64,000 bases of DNA from Patescibacteria group bacterium. Its GTDB lineage: Bacteria > Patescibacteriota > Patescibacteriia > PEXW01. A program made the position numbers and the translations under genes. Shown one piece after another: positions 1 to 10,176 of the stretch. The notes below the pieces were generated by a model. The model was given only the letters and a program-made list of their open reading frames with translations, did no database searches and was not told the DNA's origin. The stretch's first letter is position 1. Each line of letters opens with the position of its first letter. The stretch spans positions 3,255 to 67,254 of the forward strand of contig JBBTRK010000006.1 in the NCBI GenBank assembly GCA_038065235.1. Reading direction: 5' to 3'.

Positions 1-2
1 CG

Positions 3-2657
3 GTATGTACCATTGATGTACGTTTTAGGAACTTCGCCAACTTTCCATGTGGTTGCTACATGCGTCCACGTATTTGGTTGCCATAGTTCGTAAGAGGTTG
101 TCCACCCGACAAATGAAGATCCTGCTGGGTATAAGATAAAACTTAGCCACTGTCTCCCATCATTTGCGTAGCGGATGAGTAGTCGTTCACTCCCGGCAGC
201 ATCAAAGTAGTTTACCATTTGCATGTATGAGCTAGCTTTCCAATTTTCGGATCGTACCCAAAAGTGTATTGTTCCAGTATTTCCAGCAAGCGGTTGGGTA
301 TATTGTTTTGTGATCAGTGGTTTGCCGGTAGTCTGTTGTACTGGCACAAAATTTGTAGAGGGAGTATTAGGTAATCTACTTACGGTCTTTGGTTTTGACG
401 CAGGATCCAAGGGGTCAGTTTTGGATTGTATTTCAATTTTATCATTTGTGCCATCAGCATCCGTATCAGCCCTCGTGGAGTTTGTGTTGTATTTTAGCTC
501 CTCAGCACCGGTTAAACCGTCATAATCAGCATCTTTGGACGCATCAGTTTCAGCGGAAACAACACGTTCGTCAGCTGTGTTTTTTCCTGCCACATACATC
601 TCGGCGTAGTAACTAGAACCACCAAAGCTGTCATCGTCAGATGCCTTTGGCATCACCATCTCGTAGGTCAAGGTGTACCCGGTATCTTTTGTTGCGTACA
701 CGAATGGCTTACCAGTGAAGACATCATTGGGTATCGTGCTGCGCTTGTTGTATGCGCCAAAATAGTTTTGTGGATCTTCCCCTAACCCAAGGCCTAATGG
801 TTCTATAGAGTTCCCTATGGATTCAATCTGCAAACTGGCATTTGTGTTCGTTACCTTTTGTTTTTCGGGTTTTTCCAATAGGGCGGTTAACGTATCAGGA
901 TAGGCACCTTTACGATTCTTGTAGTTACCCAATGCACTGCGAATGTCATCGACAGCCGAACGCTGCTTATCGAATTTCTGTTGTTCCTCTGTAATCCCAG
1001 AGATTAGGCGTTCTGCCTCATCCCACGAAATTGGGTTGCTTGGCACGTCGACTTTCGGTTGCTCGCCGAGGTGCTCGAAGGTGAGGGCAATACTCAAGCG
1101 TACCTGTTTGTCTTTCAGCTTTTCTACTTTCTCTGGTGGCACGACAATTGTTTCAAACTGCAGCTTGTGCGGTGTGCCATTGAGATTCTCTATCCATATC
1201 GTCAACGTCGTCTGCCCGGCAATGACGCGCAGACGGTCCAAGTTTTCTGCCTTCACGAGTTCATCCAGTGTTTCGCCGACTTCTTTGACAAGGGCGTTGC
1301 GCTTCGTGGCATCTTCTTTGTACGCCGTCACTGTTGCTGGGAGCTTGTCGGCATCCATAGTGATTTTTATCTTATTCAAGCGTCGACCATTCAAATTCTC
1401 CGAGCCTTCGCGGGTAAGGACAATTGCCTTCGTATCCAACGCTTTACGGATGAATGTCACGGTTTCGGTTTTCACTTTCCCAAGGTCGTCACCAGTTGGC
1501 GTCGAGCCGGTAACGCTATCTAGCGGGAAGATTCCATTGGCCGAGTCCCCGGCGGCCGGGTCGATGAGCACCCACTTGTCCTTGAGAGACGTGAGGTCAA
1601 TAAAGAAGAGGGATGGGAACTGGCGAACAATCCCGTAGTACTTGGCATCTTGCATGCGCACTTCGCCATCAACGGCTATAGTGGTGCCACCTGACGCGTA
1701 CGAGCCTTTCAGGCTGACGTACCCACGGGGCGACTTCTTGCCGTTCACGTCCTGTTCCGCAACGAAGGTCGTCACGCTCCCGCTCAACAGCATATCCGAT
1801 GGCAGGTACCGGAAGAGTGTTGAAGAATCGAAGGTTTCAAGGACGGACGTGCTGCTGTCGCCAGTCGTGCAGGTCGTCGCAGTACCCTCCGCTGAACTCA
1901 CGTTGCCCTTTTTCGTGCTGTCCTGCGTGCAGGTGTACTGCAGGGTATAGTTTTTCTTGTCCTCCGAAAGGGTGTAGGTAATAGGGTTCTCCCCTTCTAC
2001 TCGCATGGTGATATATTTCTTTTCTCTTAGTTCATCCAATGTTGCGGGGTAGCTCGTGGTGTTATCATTGTAGAGTGCGAGCGCCGTTCGCAGTTGACCC
2101 GAATAAGCATCGAGCTCCATGTCCCATGCGCGTGCCTTTGCTGGGCTCACTGCACCTACTACTGGTTCGGGCCAACGTTTCGCTGCGCCATTTTGGGGTT
2201 CTACTTTCACGCTCATCGCGAGGCCAATTTCGCCACTCTTCGTACCCGAGAGTACGTCAATCGCTTTCACCAACTGGTCTTCTAGGTTACTCTTGTTAAG
2301 GAACGGCAGAGGAATGTACCCGCGAATAGCCGCGAAGGCGACGCCCCCGAGGATAAGTAAGCCACCCGCGACAGAGGCGAGGAGGACGAGGTGGCGCATG
2401 AGCCAGGATTTACCTTTCGACTTCGCGTTTGGATCGAATGCTTGCTGAATTTCCGTACGTACGCTCTCGGTTGGGGTTTGCTTGGGCACAAAGGCTGGTT
2501 GAGCCGTAGGTGCAGGAATCGCTGGGGCGAGTATTTTTTGGATTTGATCTGCCTGCCATCCTTGTGCCTTCAGCTGTTCAGCAATCTGCGCATCCAAAAG
2601 ACCCGCGGCGCGTGCCTGGGCAATCCACTGCATAACCCCTTCGTATGCATTATCCAT
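3..2657 (-). CDS. Large membrane-anchored surface protein, 3'-partial (runs off window start): TM helix, two pseudopilin-like segments, TSP3-type DxDxDG Ca-binding repeats, LamG-like C-terminal domain
   Basis: Hand-translated open frame from ATG 2657 (MDNAYEGVMQWIAQARAAG...). Motifs: LVLLASVAGGLLILGGVAFAA; ALALYNDNTTSYPATLDEL and ALGNYKNRKGAYPDTLTALL; DADYDGLTGAEE...DTDADGTNDKIE...TDPLD; TIHFWVR...WTHVATTWK...TYING. Absent from the ORF track because there is no in-window stop. Confidence 0.8.
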   Translation of the reverse strand, partial: MDNAYEGVMQWIAQARAAGLLDAQIAEQLKAQGWQADQIQKILAPAIPAPTAQPAFVPKQTPTESVRTEIQQAFDPNAKSKGKSWLMRHLVLLASVAGGLLILGGVAFAAIRGYIPLPFLNKSNLEDQLVKAIDVLSGTKSGEIGLAMSVKVEPQNGAAKRWPEPVVGAVSPAKARAWDMELDAYSGQLRTALALYNDNTTSYPATLDELREKKYITMRVEGENPITYTLSEDKKNYTLQYTCTQDSTKKGNVSSAEGTATTCTTGDSSTSVLETFDSSTLFRYLPSDMLLSGSVTTFVAEQDVNGKKSPRGYVSLKGSYASGGTTIAVDGEVRMQDAKYYGIVRQFPSLFFIDLTSLKDKWVLIDPAAGDSANGIFPLDSVTGSTPTGDDLGKVKTETVTFIRKALDTKAIVLTREGSENLNGRRLNKIKITMDADKLPATVTAYKEDATKRNALVKEVGETLDELVKAENLDRLRVIAGQTTLTIWIENLNGTPHKLQFETIVVPPEKVEKLKDKQVRLSIALTFEHLGEQPKVDVPSNPISWDEAERLISGITEEQQKFDKQRSAVDDIRSALGNYKNRKGAYPDTLTALLEKPEKQKVTNTNASLQIESIGNSIEPLGLGLGEDPQNYFGAYNKRSTIPNDVFTGKPFVYATKDTGYTLTYEMVMPKASDDDSFGGSSYYAEMYVAGKNTADERVVSAETDASKDADYDGLTGAEELKYNTNSTRADTDADGTNDKIEIQSKTDPLDPASKPKTVSRLPNTPSTNFVPVQQTTGKPLITKQYTQPLAGNTGTIHFWVRSENWKASSYMQMVNYFDAAGSERLLIRYANDGRQWLSFILYPAGSSFVGWTTSYELWQPNTWTHVATTWKVGEVPKTYINGTY

Positions 2658-2750
2658 ATGCTGATTTTTATTTTTCGATACATATATCTTACCAGAAAAT
2701 GCGAGTTTTGTCAAAAGACACCCAAGAAACAGTTATGCTACGCTGCATCT

Positions 2751-3236
2751 ATGATCGGCAGTCATCCACACGGTACACATCACCATTTTGCAAGACTCCT
2801 TGTCCTGGTGGTTGGTGCAATCGTGACCGTCGTCATTACCGCGAGTATGGTTGTTGAGCAGCAGTCAGCTGCGACGCCATCAGCTCCGTGTGTACCGCTC
2901 GCGATTATTGACAGCGTCGCGCGTGCTGATCTCATTCTCACGGGTGAGGTCTTCCTCGTCGTGCCTGCAGATCCAGGGTACGCGACAGTCCTCATAACCC
3001 CGGAGCGCGTGTACAAGGGCGAGGTCTTGAAAGCAGGCGTCCGGATTCGTGCCAAAGCAGATTCACTGGTGGGCGGTAGCGTTTTGGATGACCTCCACTT
3101 CGCCTCAAATCAGCCGCCGTACCTCCTCTTCCTGCAGCAGGATACGGATGGCCTGTACCGTACGAGTAAATGCATCGGTAGTCGTTCGCTGGGGAGCGGA
3201 TTGACGGTTGACGAGCGAGCAGCCTTCGGGTTGTAG
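2751..3236 (+). CDS. Membrane-anchored TIMP/NTR-like (OB-fold) domain protein
   Basis: N-terminal TM; PC...ADLILTGEV...V...ERVYKG...YLLFL...TSKC pattern; TACGCT box 6 nt before ATG 2751. Confidence 0.55.
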   Translation: MIGSHPHGTHHHFARLLVLVVGAIVTVVITASMVVEQQSAATPSAPCVPLAIIDSVARADLILTGEVFLVVPADPGYATVLITPERVYKGEVLKAGVRIRAKADSLVGGSVLDDLHFASNQPPYLLFLQQDTDGLYRTSKCIGSRSLGSGLTVDERAAFGL

Positions 3237-3304
3237 ATTTTGTCACAAAGAGTCGTACGCTTGAACGTCGCCTGGCGGTAAATTTTCAATCCTGATATCC
3301 TCCT

Positions 3305-3330
3305 AGACGGATGGGAGTTCCCATCCGTCT
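3305..3330 (+). terminator. Hairpin AGACGGATGGGA/TCCCATCCGTCT followed by T-run
   Basis: Perfect inverted repeat downstream of the 2751-3236 gene. Confidence 0.6.
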
Positions 3331-3345
3331 TTTGTCCCCTACGCT

Positions 3346-5093
3346 ATGCGCCTGCTCTGGGAATATCTCAAAAAGTATAAAAAGCTCCTGCTCGGAGCCC
3401 TGCTTTTGGCGGCTATCAATCAGGTGTTCTCTCTGCTCGACCCGCAGCTTGGGCGGATATTGGTAGACAAGTATGCCAGCCACGCGAGTACATTTACCCA
3501 GCATGAGTTTATACGCGGCGTCATCCTACTCGTACTCCTGTCTATGGCCGCGGCACTTATGTCCCGCATCGCCAAGAACTTCCAAGATTACTTCGTCAAC
3601 GTTATTGTACAACGCATGGGTGCTCGGTTGTACGCTCATAGTGTGAGCCACTCGTTTTCCCTCCCCTATCAAGCCTTTGAAGATCAACGCTCGGGCGAGC
3701 TCTTGCAGAAATTGCAGAAAGCCCGGACGGACGCGCAAGCCTTGATCACTAGCGCTATTGGCATTCTCTTCTTCTCCCTGATCGGCATCATTTTCGTCCT
3801 GGTGTACGCGAGTACCGTGCACTGGTCCATTGGGCTGGTGTACTTCCTCATGATTCCCATTTTGGGCTTCATCACGTTCTACATTAGCCGGAGAATAAAA
3901 GTTGCACAGAGGCAAATTGTTGCAGAGATGGCCTCGCTTTCCGGTTCTACCACAGAGACCTTGCGGAATGTGGAATTAGTGAAGAGCTTAGGTTTAGACA
4001 GCCAAGAAATTGACCGCCTGAATGCTACGAATGACCGCATTCTCCAGTTGGAGTTGAAGAAAATCATTCTCATTCGAAAATTTAGCTTCATCCAAGGAAC
4101 GCTCATCAACACCTTCCGATCTGCTTTGCTGGTGCTTATGTTCTGGCTCATTTTTCAGCAGCACATATCCTTGGGTGAATACTTTACGCTACTCATTTAC
4201 TCCTTCTTCATTTTCAGCCCATTGGCTGAGTTGGGGATGGTTGCTCAGCACTATCAAGAAGCACGCGCCAGCATGGAGCAGCTGGAAAAAATTCTCAAGC
4301 AACCAGCAGATGAACAACCGTCGCATCCGCTGGCCGTGGATAAGCTCACCGGTATCACGTTCCAGGATGTAGGCTTTCGCTACGCTTCAGCAGTCCACCC
4401 AGCCGTGGAGCACGTGGATGTCACGCTGCGCTCGGGTCAGACTATTGCTTTTGTTGGGCCCTCGGGCTCGGGCAAAACTACCCTCGTGAAACTCCTCGCG
4501 GGATTGTATAGGTCCACTCACGGCAAGTTGCTCTTTAACGATGTAGACAGCCAAGCCATGGATTATCGACAGTTCCGTCAGCGCATTGGCTTGGTGGCAC
4601 AAGAGACGCAATTATTTGCCGGGAGACGGTCCGCGAGAACCTCCTTTTCGTGCGCCCCAAGGCAACTGACGCCGAATGTATGGAGGCTCTGGACGCCGCT
4701 GCCGCTACGAATATTATGCAGCGCTCCGCCCAAGGGTTGGATACGCGCATTGGCGAAGGCGGCCTAAAACTCTCGGGTGGCGAGCGTCAACGTTTGGCCA
4801 TTGCCCGCGCGTTACTTCGCCAGCCTGACCTGATCATTTTTGATGAAGCAACCAGCAGCTTAGATAGCATTACCGAGCAGTCCATTACCGAAACCATCAA
4901 AGATATTACGGCCAAGAAACCACAGCTTATGACCGTGCTCATTGCCCACCGGCTCTCGACTATTGCGCACGCCGACGTCATTTACGTGCTGGAACGCGGC
5001 AAGGTAGTGGAACATGGCAACCATGCGGACCTGCTCAAAAAAGGTGGCCTCTACGCAGCCTTGTGGCGGCAGCAAGGAGCGAGTCAAGCGTAA
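3346..5093 (+). pseudogene. ABC exporter (MsbA/MdlB-type, fused TMD+NBD) with frameshift at about 4624
   Basis: Walker A GPSGSGKT lies in ORF 3346-4767; LSGGERQR, IIFDEAT and IAHR lie in ORF 4650-5093. Removing 2 nt (AG, 4624-4625) restores LFAGTVRENLLF. Confidence 0.85.
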
Positions 5094-5115
5094 GATATTT
5101 TGCTACCATTAGTGT

Positions 5116-5685
5116 ATGCAAAAGCGAGCTATCATCGTTCACTGTTGGGATGGGTACCCGGACTACTGTTGGTATCCAACTGTCAAAGCCGAACTCGAAA
5201 AAGAGGGCTTTGAGGTGCAGGTGCCGGCTATGCCCGAAACCAATGCTCCAAAGCTAAACCTTTGGTTACCGGTACTCAAAGAGATTGCCGGTACACCAGG
5301 TGAGGACCTTTTCCTTATTGGCCACAGTGCTGGCTGCGTTACCATTCTTCGGTACTTAGAACAGTTACCAGTTGGCGTAAAAATTGGTGGGGTTGTACTC
5401 GTTGCCGGATTTACGGATGATCTCGGGTATGATGAGTTAAAGAATTTTTTTGCTACCCCCGTGCCTTTGGCCTCCATCCGAGAGAAAGCGAAAGGTTTCG
5501 TCGCCATTCACTCTGATAATGACCCGTTTGTCGATCTGAAGTACGGTGAGATTTTTAAAAAGGAGCTCGGTGCCGAAGTTATTGTTAAGCACAACATGAA
5601 ACATTTTTCGGGTCCTCGCGATAATGAAGAAAGCTGTACGTCACTGCCCGACGTGACGCAAGCGGTGTTGACGTTAGCCAAGTAA
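5116..5685 (+). CDS. RBBP9/YdeN-family alpha/beta hydrolase
   Basis: IIVH...WYP, GHSAG nucleophile, HSDNDPFV, KHF. Confidence 0.88.
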   Translation: MQKRAIIVHCWDGYPDYCWYPTVKAELEKEGFEVQVPAMPETNAPKLNLWLPVLKEIAGTPGEDLFLIGHSAGCVTILRYLEQLPVGVKIGGVVLVAGFTDDLGYDELKNFFATPVPLASIREKAKGFVAIHSDNDPFVDLKYGEIFKKELGAEVIVKHNMKHFSGPRDNEESCTSLPDVTQAVLTLAK

Positions 5686-5689
5686 TACC

Positions 5690-6013
5690 ATGAAGATTAC
5701 CTGGGTACTTATCAACTGTAACTCCCGAGGCGAGGCTGACCGGATTGGTAGCGTACTGCTTTTGAAGCGAAATGTTGCATGTTACGATATTATTCTCCGA
5801 TCAAAAGCCGCGTACTTTTGGCCGCCGCGCAGTGGGAAAATTGAAACTGCAAAAGGAGCGTTACTTATAGCAGTAACCCTACCTTCTTTAGCGTCGAAGC
5901 TCGTTCCGCTTATAACAAAATTACACAGCGATAAACTTCCGTTTATTGGTAAACTACGGATAGAAGTGACATCAGAATATGCGCGCTGGGTACAGGGAGA
6001 GCTGAAGAAATGA
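5690..6013 (+). CDS. cutA: Divalent-cation tolerance protein CutA family
   Basis: C..EA..IG..LL....ACxxI...YFW..GKIE...H..xxP pattern, 107 aa. Confidence 0.75.
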   Translation: MKITWVLINCNSRGEADRIGSVLLLKRNVACYDIILRSKAAYFWPPRSGKIETAKGALLIAVTLPSLASKLVPLITKLHSDKLPFIGKLRIEVTSEYARWVQGELKK

Positions 6014-6222
6014 GGCCTGGCTTGTATGAGCACTATAAAGGCAAGTCATATGAAGTCTTAGGTGTGGCTCGTCACTCGGAAACGCTTGTATATTTGGTTG
6101 TCTACCGGGCGCGTTATGGGAAGCAAGCACTTTGGGTGCGGCCCAGGAAAATGTTTGAAGGATATGTGAGAGTACAGGGCAAACGCATAAAGCGATTTAC
6201 TTTTTTGCGCCGTGCAAAGTAA
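6010..6222 (+). CDS. DUF1653 family protein
   Basis: PGLYEHYKG..Y.V...ARHSET...VVYRA.Y.....WVRP..MF signature. Confidence 0.9.
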   Translation: MRPGLYEHYKGKSYEVLGVARHSETLVYLVVYRARYGKQALWVRPRKMFEGYVRVQGKRIKRFTFLRRAK

Positions 6223-6790
6223 GCGTCAAGCAAGATTGCAGACTGTTGCCAGCCAGCGCCAAGCGGGGTTCATTGTCGTGCTGGAAGATATTCATGATCC
6301 GCACAACGCTGCGGCAATTCTTCGAACTTGCGATGCCTTTGGCGTGCAAGATGTGTGGTTCATCTTCAACCAGGAGAAAGCGTACAACCCGAAGCGCGTC
6401 GGAAAGTCGAGCAGCTCGTCCGCAAATAAATGGTTGACGTTCCGCGTGTTCAAGTCCGTCACCGAATGCAAGGCCGCGCTCAAGAAATTGAAGTATCAAT
6501 CAGTTGGGACGGTTCTCCGGAAAGGCGCCGAGGATTTTACCAAAGCCAAACTCACCGCAAAACGAATTGCGCTTTGGGTCGGCAATGAACATGCGGGTTT
6601 GTCCGAAGAAGCCAGTGCGGCATGCGATCGCCTACTGCTCTTGCCGATGCGCGGCTTTGTGGAGAGCTTGAATGTGTCGGTGATGACCGCGATTTGCGTG
6701 TATGAAATATTTCGCCAACGCGCTGGTAGGAAATATCAAAGGAGCCCACGGGAGGCGTCGGTTATTCTGAAAGAATTTTTGGAGCGTTGA
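6212..6790 (+). CDS. trmH: SpoU/TrmH-family tRNA 2'-O-methyltransferase
   Basis: LEDIHDPHNAAAILRTCDAFG, GNEHAG, LPMRGFVESLNVS. Confidence 0.85.
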   Translation: MQSKRQARLQTVASQRQAGFIVVLEDIHDPHNAAAILRTCDAFGVQDVWFIFNQEKAYNPKRVGKSSSSSANKWLTFRVFKSVTECKAALKKLKYQSVGTVLRKGAEDFTKAKLTAKRIALWVGNEHAGLSEEASAACDRLLLLPMRGFVESLNVSVMTAICVYEIFRQRAGRKYQRSPREASVILKEFLER

Positions 6791-6800
6791 GCTCCAACTT

Positions 6801-6898
6801 TGTCATTCTGAGTCCCGCAGTAGCGGGACGAAGAATCTTGCCGGACTTTCCGGGTAGCAAGATCCTTCCCCCTCGATGGGCTCGGGGTCAGGATGAAA
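6801..6898. repeat. Palindromic element family A (GTCATTCTGA...GAAGAATCT...AGATCCTTC...TCAGGATGA) with nested GTCCCGCAGTAGCGGGAC
   Basis: Same termini as the copies at 23565, 29016 and 34010. Confidence 0.85.
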
Positions 6899-6913
6899 AA
6901 TAAGAATGCACGC

Positions 6914-7195
6914 CTAGGAAAGTCGTGCATTTTGTAATTCAAGTCTTCGTTTTTCTGCAAAGAGCGCCATTTCAATCTCTAGGTAGCGTCGGTCATTATC
7001 TGGGCTCGAAAAGTATGTATAGATACTTTTAAATCCAAAATAATCCGCCATTGCTTGGGCATTTTCGAAGGCTTTGTCCCCCACGGCCCATTCCAGTAGT
7101 CTCGCAAGATCATCTGCATTTTTTGCACCTAGACTTTGGGCAATCTTATCAACAAACTCTTGTTGTTCTTCTGTAAGCCGTACTGCTTCACTCAT
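6914..7195 (-). CDS. Hypothetical protein (93 aa)
   Basis: AAGGAG Shine-Dalgarno and TATAAT upstream; fills the intergenic gap. Confidence 0.7.
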   Translation of the reverse strand: MSEAVRLTEEQQEFVDKIAQSLGAKNADDLARLLEWAVGDKAFENAQAMADYFGFKSIYTYFSSPDNDRRYLEIEMALFAEKRRLELQNARLS

Positions 7196-7231
7196 GCAAA
7201 CTCCTTTTTTGAGGTTCTAGATAATTATAAG

Positions 7232-9049
7232 TCATTTTTTTACCGCCCGTACAATCGCCCTGGCATCAATCCCTTCGTAGGCCAGGAGCTGTTCGGGTGT
7301 GCCGCTGCGGGGAATTTTGCGGACGGCGAGTGAGGTAACTTTTGCAAGATTCCCAACCACTTCTCGTACCGCGTCGGCAATGCCACCTTCAGCGACGTGG
7401 TCCTCGACGACGATAAGGTGCTTGGTCTGGCGAGCGGCCCGGAGCAACGTCACTCGGTCAATTGGCTTCACGCTGTATAGGTCAATGACACGGACGTTGA
7501 TCTTGCGCTTGAGTAGTTCGTTGTAGGCTTTTGCAGCTTCGTGGACCGTGATGCCAGCAGCGATAATCGTCGCCCGGTCTTTCCGGCTTTCGGCCAGAGT
7601 TTTGCTGCCGCCAATGGGGAAGGCCCCGGTATTCTTATAGAGCACAGGCAGCTTCTCCCGCGTCGTGCGGATGTACACGATGCCTTTAGCGCGGGCGGCT
7701 TGTTCCACTAACTTTTCTGTACTCACTGCATCACTTGGGTACAGTACGGTGCTATTGAACGTAGACCGGAACATGGCAATATCCTCCACGCCCATTTGTG
7801 AAGCGCCGTCGTGGCCAATGGAAGCGCCGGCGTGGGAACCGCACAGGACGAGGTGTGCATCGCTCAAGGCTGCCATGCGGATTTGATCATGTGCCCGCGT
7901 TAAGAAAGCGGCAAAGGTCGATGCGAACGGTGTCTTGCCGCGTCGGGTCATGCCCAGCGCCGTGCTCACCATGTTCTGCTCGGCAATGAACATTTCGTAG
8001 AAGCGCTTGGGCTGTGCTTTCGCAAAAACTTCGGTCATGGTGGAGTTGCTCGTCTCGGCATCTAGCACCACGAACTCGGGGTACGCTGGAGCAATATGCG
8101 CCAGCGCCGTGCCGTACGCTTCACGTGTGGCGACGAGTGCACCGCGCGTGTAGTGGAATGGTTTCGCGGGTTTCCGTTTCAAAACCTTTGGTAGTCGTCC
8201 ATGCGGTTTCGCTACAACACCATGGATGCGTTGCGCTTTGCCGAGTTCATCCAATGCCTGGGCGAGCTGCACCTTGGTGAGCGCCTTGCCGTGCCAGCCG
8301 TTCTTGTTCTCTAAAAATCTCACGCCTTTCCCCTTTACCGTTTTCGCGAGGATGATCGTGGGCTTGTTGCTCTTCGCGAGTGCACGACGGTAGACCTTCG
8401 CGATTGCGTCGAGGTTATGACCATCGACAGTAAACGTTCGCCAACCAAACGCGGCAAAGCGTTTGGCGTACACCTGCACGTTCCAGCCCAGCATGGTTTG
8501 TCCGCGCTGGCCGAGCCGGTTGATGTCGGCAATGGCAATGAGATTATTCAGTTTGTAGTGACTCGCGAGCTGCGCCGCTTCCCAGATTTGCCCTTCGGCC
8601 AGCTCGCTATCACCGAGTAGCACGAAGGTCCGGTACGGCAGTTTGTCCATCCTGGCGGCCAACGCCATGCCCAACCCAACCGAAAGGCCTTGGCCGAGCG
8701 AACCAGTGGCTGCTTCGGCGTATGGGAAAGATGAAGGAATCGGGTGGCCTTCGAGTTGGCTGCCGAACTTTCGCAAGGTGAGAAGCTCGCGTTCGGGAAT
8801 AATTCCGGCCGCGGCGTAGAGTGAATAGAGCAAGGGTGCGGCATGGCCTTTTGAAAAAATAATCCGGTCGTTGGTTGGGTTCTTTGGTTTCTTCAGGTCA
8901 GCGCGGAAGAAGCCACCGAAGAACAGCACTGCCATAAGGTCTGTAGCCGAGAGCGACGAGGTAGCGTGGCCAGAGCCGGCGGCCGTGGTCATCTGCAATA
9001 TCCAGCGGCGGATTGTGAGCGCGAGTGCGGTAACTTGTTTCTGCGTCAT
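7232..9049 (-). CDS. tkt: Transketolase (single-chain, ~605 aa)
   Basis: SGHATSSLS, FSKGHAAP, ATGSLGQG, ThDP motif GDSELAEG...N, IAEQNM, GHDGASQM; start MTQKQ 6 nt after TACACT. Confidence 0.93.
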   Translation of the reverse strand: MTQKQVTALALTIRRWILQMTTAAGSGHATSSLSATDLMAVLFFGGFFRADLKKPKNPTNDRIIFSKGHAAPLLYSLYAAAGIIPERELLTLRKFGSQLEGHPIPSSFPYAEAATGSLGQGLSVGLGMALAARMDKLPYRTFVLLGDSELAEGQIWEAAQLASHYKLNNLIAIADINRLGQRGQTMLGWNVQVYAKRFAAFGWRTFTVDGHNLDAIAKVYRRALAKSNKPTIILAKTVKGKGVRFLENKNGWHGKALTKVQLAQALDELGKAQRIHGVVAKPHGRLPKVLKRKPAKPFHYTRGALVATREAYGTALAHIAPAYPEFVVLDAETSNSTMTEVFAKAQPKRFYEMFIAEQNMVSTALGMTRRGKTPFASTFAAFLTRAHDQIRMAALSDAHLVLCGSHAGASIGHDGASQMGVEDIAMFRSTFNSTVLYPSDAVSTEKLVEQAARAKGIVYIRTTREKLPVLYKNTGAFPIGGSKTLAESRKDRATIIAAGITVHEAAKAYNELLKRKINVRVIDLYSVKPIDRVTLLRAARQTKHLIVVEDHVAEGGIADAVREVVGNLAKVTSLAVRKIPRSGTPEQLLAYEGIDARAIVRAVKK

Positions 9050-9083
9050 GGGTACAGTGTACCACTCCCATCCTGCCATAGAG

Positions 9084-9114
9084 AAAACGCCGTCCGGGGT
9101 GGGGACGACGTTTT
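9084..9114 (-). terminator. Intrinsic terminator of the 9120-9476 gene
   Basis: AAAACGcCGTCC...GGACGaCGTTTT inverted repeat. Confidence 0.65.
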
Positions 9115-9119
9115 GAAGA

Positions 9120-9476
9120 TCAGGCTTTGGGTTTTGGGTGACCTTTAACGAGGAGCGTGTGCCCCAGGTGATAGCAGACGATGCCAGCGAGGCAAACGTA
9201 CCAGCCAGTGCCGAGGCCGAGGTGCGCGGAGTATGCGATGAGCGTTAGGCCAACGAATCCAGCCGACAACGTAATCGCGCCCTGCCAGGATACATACCAC
9301 GGTCTTGCCAAGCCGGCGACGAACGAGAGGATGGGTATCCAGATAATGCCCTGAGCTTTCGGGACGTTCGCTATCTCGACGAATACCAGCCACATGATGA
9401 TTACAATCGCTGAAACGCCAACGCCAATGCCGAAGAGGATCTGGTTCGCGCGTTCCTGCGCGGTTTGTTCAGTCAT
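9120..9476 (-). CDS. Hypothetical 4-TM membrane protein
   Basis: Hydrophobic segments; AAAGGAG SD; own terminator. Confidence 0.75.
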   Translation of the reverse strand: MTEQTAQERANQILFGIGVGVSAIVIIMWLVFVEIANVPKAQGIIWIPILSFVAGLARPWYVSWQGAITLSAGFVGLTLIAYSAHLGLGTGWYVCLAGIVCYHLGHTLLVKGHPKPKA

Positions 9477-9576
9477 GACAACTCCTTTTGCAATGAGCTT
9501 TCTTCAATCTTCTGGCTATCCAATCATAGTTCGAGTGTTCCGTCAAGCCTAGAGCGAACCCTGGTATACTGCCCAC

Positions 9577-10173
9577 ATGCAGCTCATCTTCGCCACGCAC
9601 AATCCTGGTAAGGTCGTTGAAATGAAGCAAATTCTCCACGGCCTGCCGTTCGAAGTCATGAGTGCAGATGACGCTGGGGTCCATGAGGATGTGGTGGAAG
9701 ATGGGGTGACGTTCGAGGAGAACGCGCTGAAGAAGGCGCGGTTTGTGAGCCAGAGGACCGGCCAGTGGGCGGTAGCTGATGACTCGGGCATTTCTATTGA
9801 TGCGCTGGACGGCGCACCCGGCGTGTTTTCGGCACGGTGGGCGGGAGATGACGCGACCGGCGAGCAACTCGTGGCGTACACCCTGAAAGAGTTGGATGGT
9901 ATTCCCGAGCACCGGCGGAGCGCGTGGTTCGAATCCTCAGCTGCACTCGTCTCACCGGACGGGCAGGAGTGGGTGTTCACCGGCAAAGTGGAAGGCATGA
10001 TCCCCATGGCACCGCGCGGGACACCGCGGGAACGGTTGCCCTACGACGTCATCTTCATTCCCGAAGGTCACACGAAGACCTTTGCCGAGATGACGGATGA
10101 CGAGAAGAACAGCTTGAGCCATCGGGGAGAAGCGTTCCGCCAGCTCAAGGACTTTCTCGGCAACCTAGAGTAG
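9577..10173 (+). CDS. rdgB: Non-canonical purine NTP pyrophosphatase (RdgB/Ham1)
   Basis: ATHNPGK, E.G.TFEENA..KA, ADDSG...ALDGAPGVFSAR, KNSLSHR. Confidence 0.95.
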   Translation: MQLIFATHNPGKVVEMKQILHGLPFEVMSADDAGVHEDVVEDGVTFEENALKKARFVSQRTGQWAVADDSGISIDALDGAPGVFSARWAGDDATGEQLVAYTLKELDGIPEHRRSAWFESSAALVSPDGQEWVFTGKVEGMIPMAPRGTPRERLPYDVIFIPEGHTKTFAEMTDDEKNSLSHRGEAFRQLKDFLGNLE

Positions 10174-10176
10174 CGA

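Noticed and set aside
2391-2750. N-terminal extension of the 2391-3236 ORF
   Set aside because: It overlaps the divergent large gene and its promoter; the start at 2751 is supported by the -10 box spacing
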